Part shown: positions 48,601-51,206 of the stretch, in pieces
How positions within the stretch are numbered: position 1 is the first letter of the stretch
Layout of the letters: every line of letters begins with the position of its first letter
DNA from: Macrostomum lignano
Taxonomy: Eukaryota
Assembly (NCBI GenBank): GCA_002269645.1
Contig: NIVC01001972.1
Span: 1-51,206 of the forward strand
Direction of reading: 5' to 3'
Length of the DNA: 51,206 nt
Program-made: the position numbers and the translations under genes
Notes under the pieces: generated by a model
What the model saw: only the letters and a program-made list of their open reading frames with translations
Databases searched by the model: none
Told to the model about the DNA's origin: nothing

Positions 48601-50510
48601 TTGAGTGAGTCAGAGCTTTAGTTTCCAACCGAAAGAATACAGTTAACCCAGTTGGCGGTGTCCTGATTGAAGAAGTGAAACTTCTAGATAAGATCGATAA
48701 ATCCTCTTGGACTCTTTTCCAACGCCCCTACAGCAAGACCGCAGCCCTCTGCACATGGCGGCCGAACGTGGCCAGACAAAAATAGTGGAGCTGCTAATTG
48801 ACAAGTTCAAATGCAACGTGCTGGCCCGCACCAAGGACGGCAGCACTTTGATGCACGTGACCTCACAGTCGGGATTCCCCGAGACTACCATGGCCTTTCT
48901 TCGACGCGGAGTGCCGCTGCACATGCCGAACAAGAGCGGCGGAGTCTGCCTGCACGCGGCGGCCAAAAGCGGTCACGCCAGCGTTGTCCGCAGCCTCCTG
49001 GAGAAGGGCGCCAACGTGAACGCGGTGACGAAGGACCGGCTGACTGCGCTGCATGAAGCCGTGGCCAGGGGCCACCCGGCCGTAGTGGAAACCCTACTCG
49101 GCTTCGGGCGCAGGTTCGTGCTGGAGCACTACAATTAGTCCGTGAAGTGCAATTAGCCTGTGGAATGCAATTAGTCTGTGGAATGCAATTAGTCTGTGGA
49201 ATGCAATTAGTCTGTGGAGTGCAATTAGCCTGTGGAGTGCAATTAGCCTATGGAATGCAATTAGTCTGTGGAATGCAATTAGTCTGTGGAGTGCAATTAG
49301 CCAGTGGAGTGCAATTAGCCTGTGGAGTTCAATTAGTCTGTGGAATGCAATTAGTCTGTGGAGTGCAATTAGCCTGTGGAGTTCAATTAGTCTGTGGAAT
49401 GCAATTAGTCTGTGGAATGCAATTAGTCTGTGGAATGCAATTAGTCTGTGGAGTGCAATTAGCCTGTGGAGTTCAATTAGTCTGTGGAATGCAATTAGTC
49501 TGTGGAGTGCAATTAGCCTGTGGAGTGCAATTAGCCTATGGAATGCAATTAGTCTGTGGAATGCAATTAGTCTGTGGAGTGCAATTGGTCTGTGGAATGC
49601 AATTAGTCTCTGGAGTGAAATGGGTTTGGACTATGAATAATAATAATAATAAATAATTGATTACACCTGCCCCAATTGGGCCAGATGCGCAACTGACAGC
49701 TCAGCCGCAGCTATTGCGCGGCGCATCTGAAGGCTGCGTACGGCTGTTCAGTCCAAGGACTGGGGGGTCGCCACACACCCTCAATTACCCCAGCTAATGC
49801 TGGCACCCATTTTACAGCTGGGTGAACTGACGTCGAAAATTTAATATAACAAGAACCATACAGTAGTTTGTGAAACCCCCACCCCTCAATAACACAAATT
49901 GTTCCGAGTGGGATCGGGAATCGAACCCTCGACCTTTAAGTCGGAGTCCGACGCTCTAACCACTAGGTTACACCGCCCTATAAAGCACCACAAAAAGTCA
50001 GGATTGTCCTTATTAAACAAAGTGTATTTGAGATGGAATTTTCAGTACTAGTTGTCAAGGTTGGAAAACGGCCTCCGGGGCTTGAATGGTTGCTATCAGT
50101 GTCAAACTGTGGTAGGTCTCAAATGTCCGGAGAGCCAACGATAAGGCTTGTTGTACGATCTGCTCCCATGAATTCTAACTCGCCGAGTGTGTGCATGACT
50201 GACAATGACAAGGTCAGGGGTTAATGTACATCTTGTGTGAGCGCGGCCTGAGTACGTATTCCCCAACTACCTCATTACTCAACAGGTGGACGTCAAGGGC
50301 GGCGAAGACGAAGATACTCCGCTGCATCTGGCGGCTCGGACCAGCGGCGGCGAGCGCTGCGCCGAGATGCTGCTGAAGAGCGGCGCCAACGTCAACAAGG
50401 CCAACCGGCTGGGCCAGACGCCGCTGCACACGGCGGCCAAAGGCGGCAACGTCGACATGCTGCTGGCGCTGCTGGCCGAGGCCGGCGACCCGACTCGCGT
50501 CTGCCAGCAG
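42615..50510 (+). CDS. nompC: TRPN/NompC mechanosensitive channel, N-terminal ankyrin region (partial; continues beyond window)
   Basis: Exons are 42615-43172, 43769-43870, 46219-46317, 46936-47046, 47119-47322, 47440-47541, 48734-49113 (or 49117) and 50286-50510, giving 12 ankyrin repeats. Segments such as LIDKFK...RTKDGSTLMH, LHMPNKSG, PAVVETLLGFG, V.VKGG...TPLHLAAR and CAEMLLKSGA match NompC repeats as I recall them from Drosophila. The TRP pore is not in the window. Confidence 0.85.
43290..43640. repeat. ~14-bp degenerate intronic repeat
   Basis: gctcata(g/a)atcgtg-like units in TRPN intron 1. Confidence 0.8.
43885..45170. repeat. 14-bp intronic minisatellite
   Basis: ctctcgcactctcc units, with a recurring ttcacactctca variant block near 44420, 44640, 44920 and 45010. 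Confidence 0.95.
45827..46123 (+). mobile_element. tRNA-derived CORE-SINE, full length
   Basis: ggggttgtagtctaatggt (A box), ggttcgattcc (B box), CORE segment, shared 3' domain and ttatt tail. Confidence 0.88.
46449..46655. repeat. 21-bp intronic repeat, ~10 copies
   Basis: gggtgtacactgcctgacaga with period 21. Confidence 0.93.
47655..48505. repeat. 11-bp intronic minisatellite
   Basis: tccat(c/t)ccagc units in TRPN intron 6. Confidence 0.93.
49147..49617. repeat. 18-bp intronic minisatellite
   Basis: gcaattag(t/c)ctgtgga(a/g)t units in TRPN intron 7. Confidence 0.93.
49636..49978 (-). mobile_element. tRNA-derived CORE-SINE, antisense copy with internal replacement
   Basis: Reverse complement of the SINE with a (TTA)n tail. 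~49831-49893 is unrelated sequence in place of part of the CORE. Confidence 0.85.
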
Positions 50511-50565
50511 GTGAGAATTTCCTCCGACTCTGAGACTGATCCTTCGTTTAGTCTTTAGTCTATAT

Positions 50566-50849
50566 GGGGTTGCAGTCTAGTGGTTAGAGAGTCGGGCTCA
50601 CGACTTGCAGGTCGTGAGTTCGATTCCCGATCCATCGGAGCAATCTGAGTCCTTGAGCAAGACACTTACGAAGTACTCTGCATTGCTTCTGTAAAATGGG
50701 TGCCAGCATTAGCTGGGGTAATTGAGGGTGTGTGGCGACCCCCAGTCCTTGGACTGAACAGCCGTACGCAGCCTTCGGATGCGCCGCGCAAATAGCTGCG
50801 GCTGAGCTGTCGGTTGCACATCTGGCCAATTGGGCAGGTGCAGTCAATT
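50566..50849 (+). mobile_element. tRNA-derived CORE-SINE, full length
   Basis: ggggttgcagtctagtggtt...gagttcgattcc...ccttgagcaagacactta...ctgtaaaatggg plus the same 3' domain. Confidence 0.88.
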
Positions 50850-51206
50850 CCTGTGCAGCTTGCAGTGGCACGGTGGCACAACAGGAACTGCACTCGCATT
50901 GCTCCTACAGTGTAGACTTTCTCATCGCTATGGGCCTTAAACCGTCTTCATATTTTGCACTTTACACTGATTGCATGCTTGACCCGAAAATGAGTCAGAC
51001 TTTCGTTAACACTGAAATGACCTACTACGCTTGTATTTGGGTGTTTGGTAAGCGTTTGTAGTTCACTGGCTATGCGGAGAGATTTGCACCCAGCGAATAT
51101 TTAAGTATTCAAAGAAATGCCTTCTATTCAATTTGACACCTTGCTAGGGCAACAGTCCGCTGCACCTGGCCGCCAGACACTGTCGCTATCGGTTGCTAAG
51201 GCAATT

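Noticed and set aside
42615-50510. All-phase-0 introns in TRPN and in the F-box gene as a special mechanism
   Set aside because: Phase 0 is the commonest intron phase and is typical at ankyrin-repeat boundaries. The sample is too small.

Overview
Eukaryotic (metazoan) genomic DNA with GC-rich exons and introns packed with locus-specific minisatellites. The style suggests the free-living flatworm Macrostomum; this is an inference and was not tested. Seven protein-coding genes can be assembled by hand from GT-AG boundaries. (+) NHP2 and (+) SNU13/NHP2L1 are two adjacent L7Ae-family snoRNP proteins, with a ~105-nt RNA-like hairpin between them. (-) EFHD/swiprosin. (-) A 4-exon F-box protein with an unrecognised C-terminus. 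(-) A stefin-type cystatin. (+) A 2-exon neuropeptide precursor that looks like a tandem repeat; it has a signal peptide and 15 copies of AYFDP(M/I)GY-G flanked by KR/KKKR. (+) The 5' eight exons of a NompC/TRPN mechanosensory channel that runs off the window. Repeats include four copies of a tRNA-derived CORE-SINE, a 5'-truncated RTE LINE with target-site duplication, a 3.2-kb 30-mer array with ~1-kb higher-order periodicity bordered by a ~158-bp palindrome, and about 20 other tandem arrays. Most long ORFs in the supplied track are repeat artefacts. All gene models are manual and have no transcript support.
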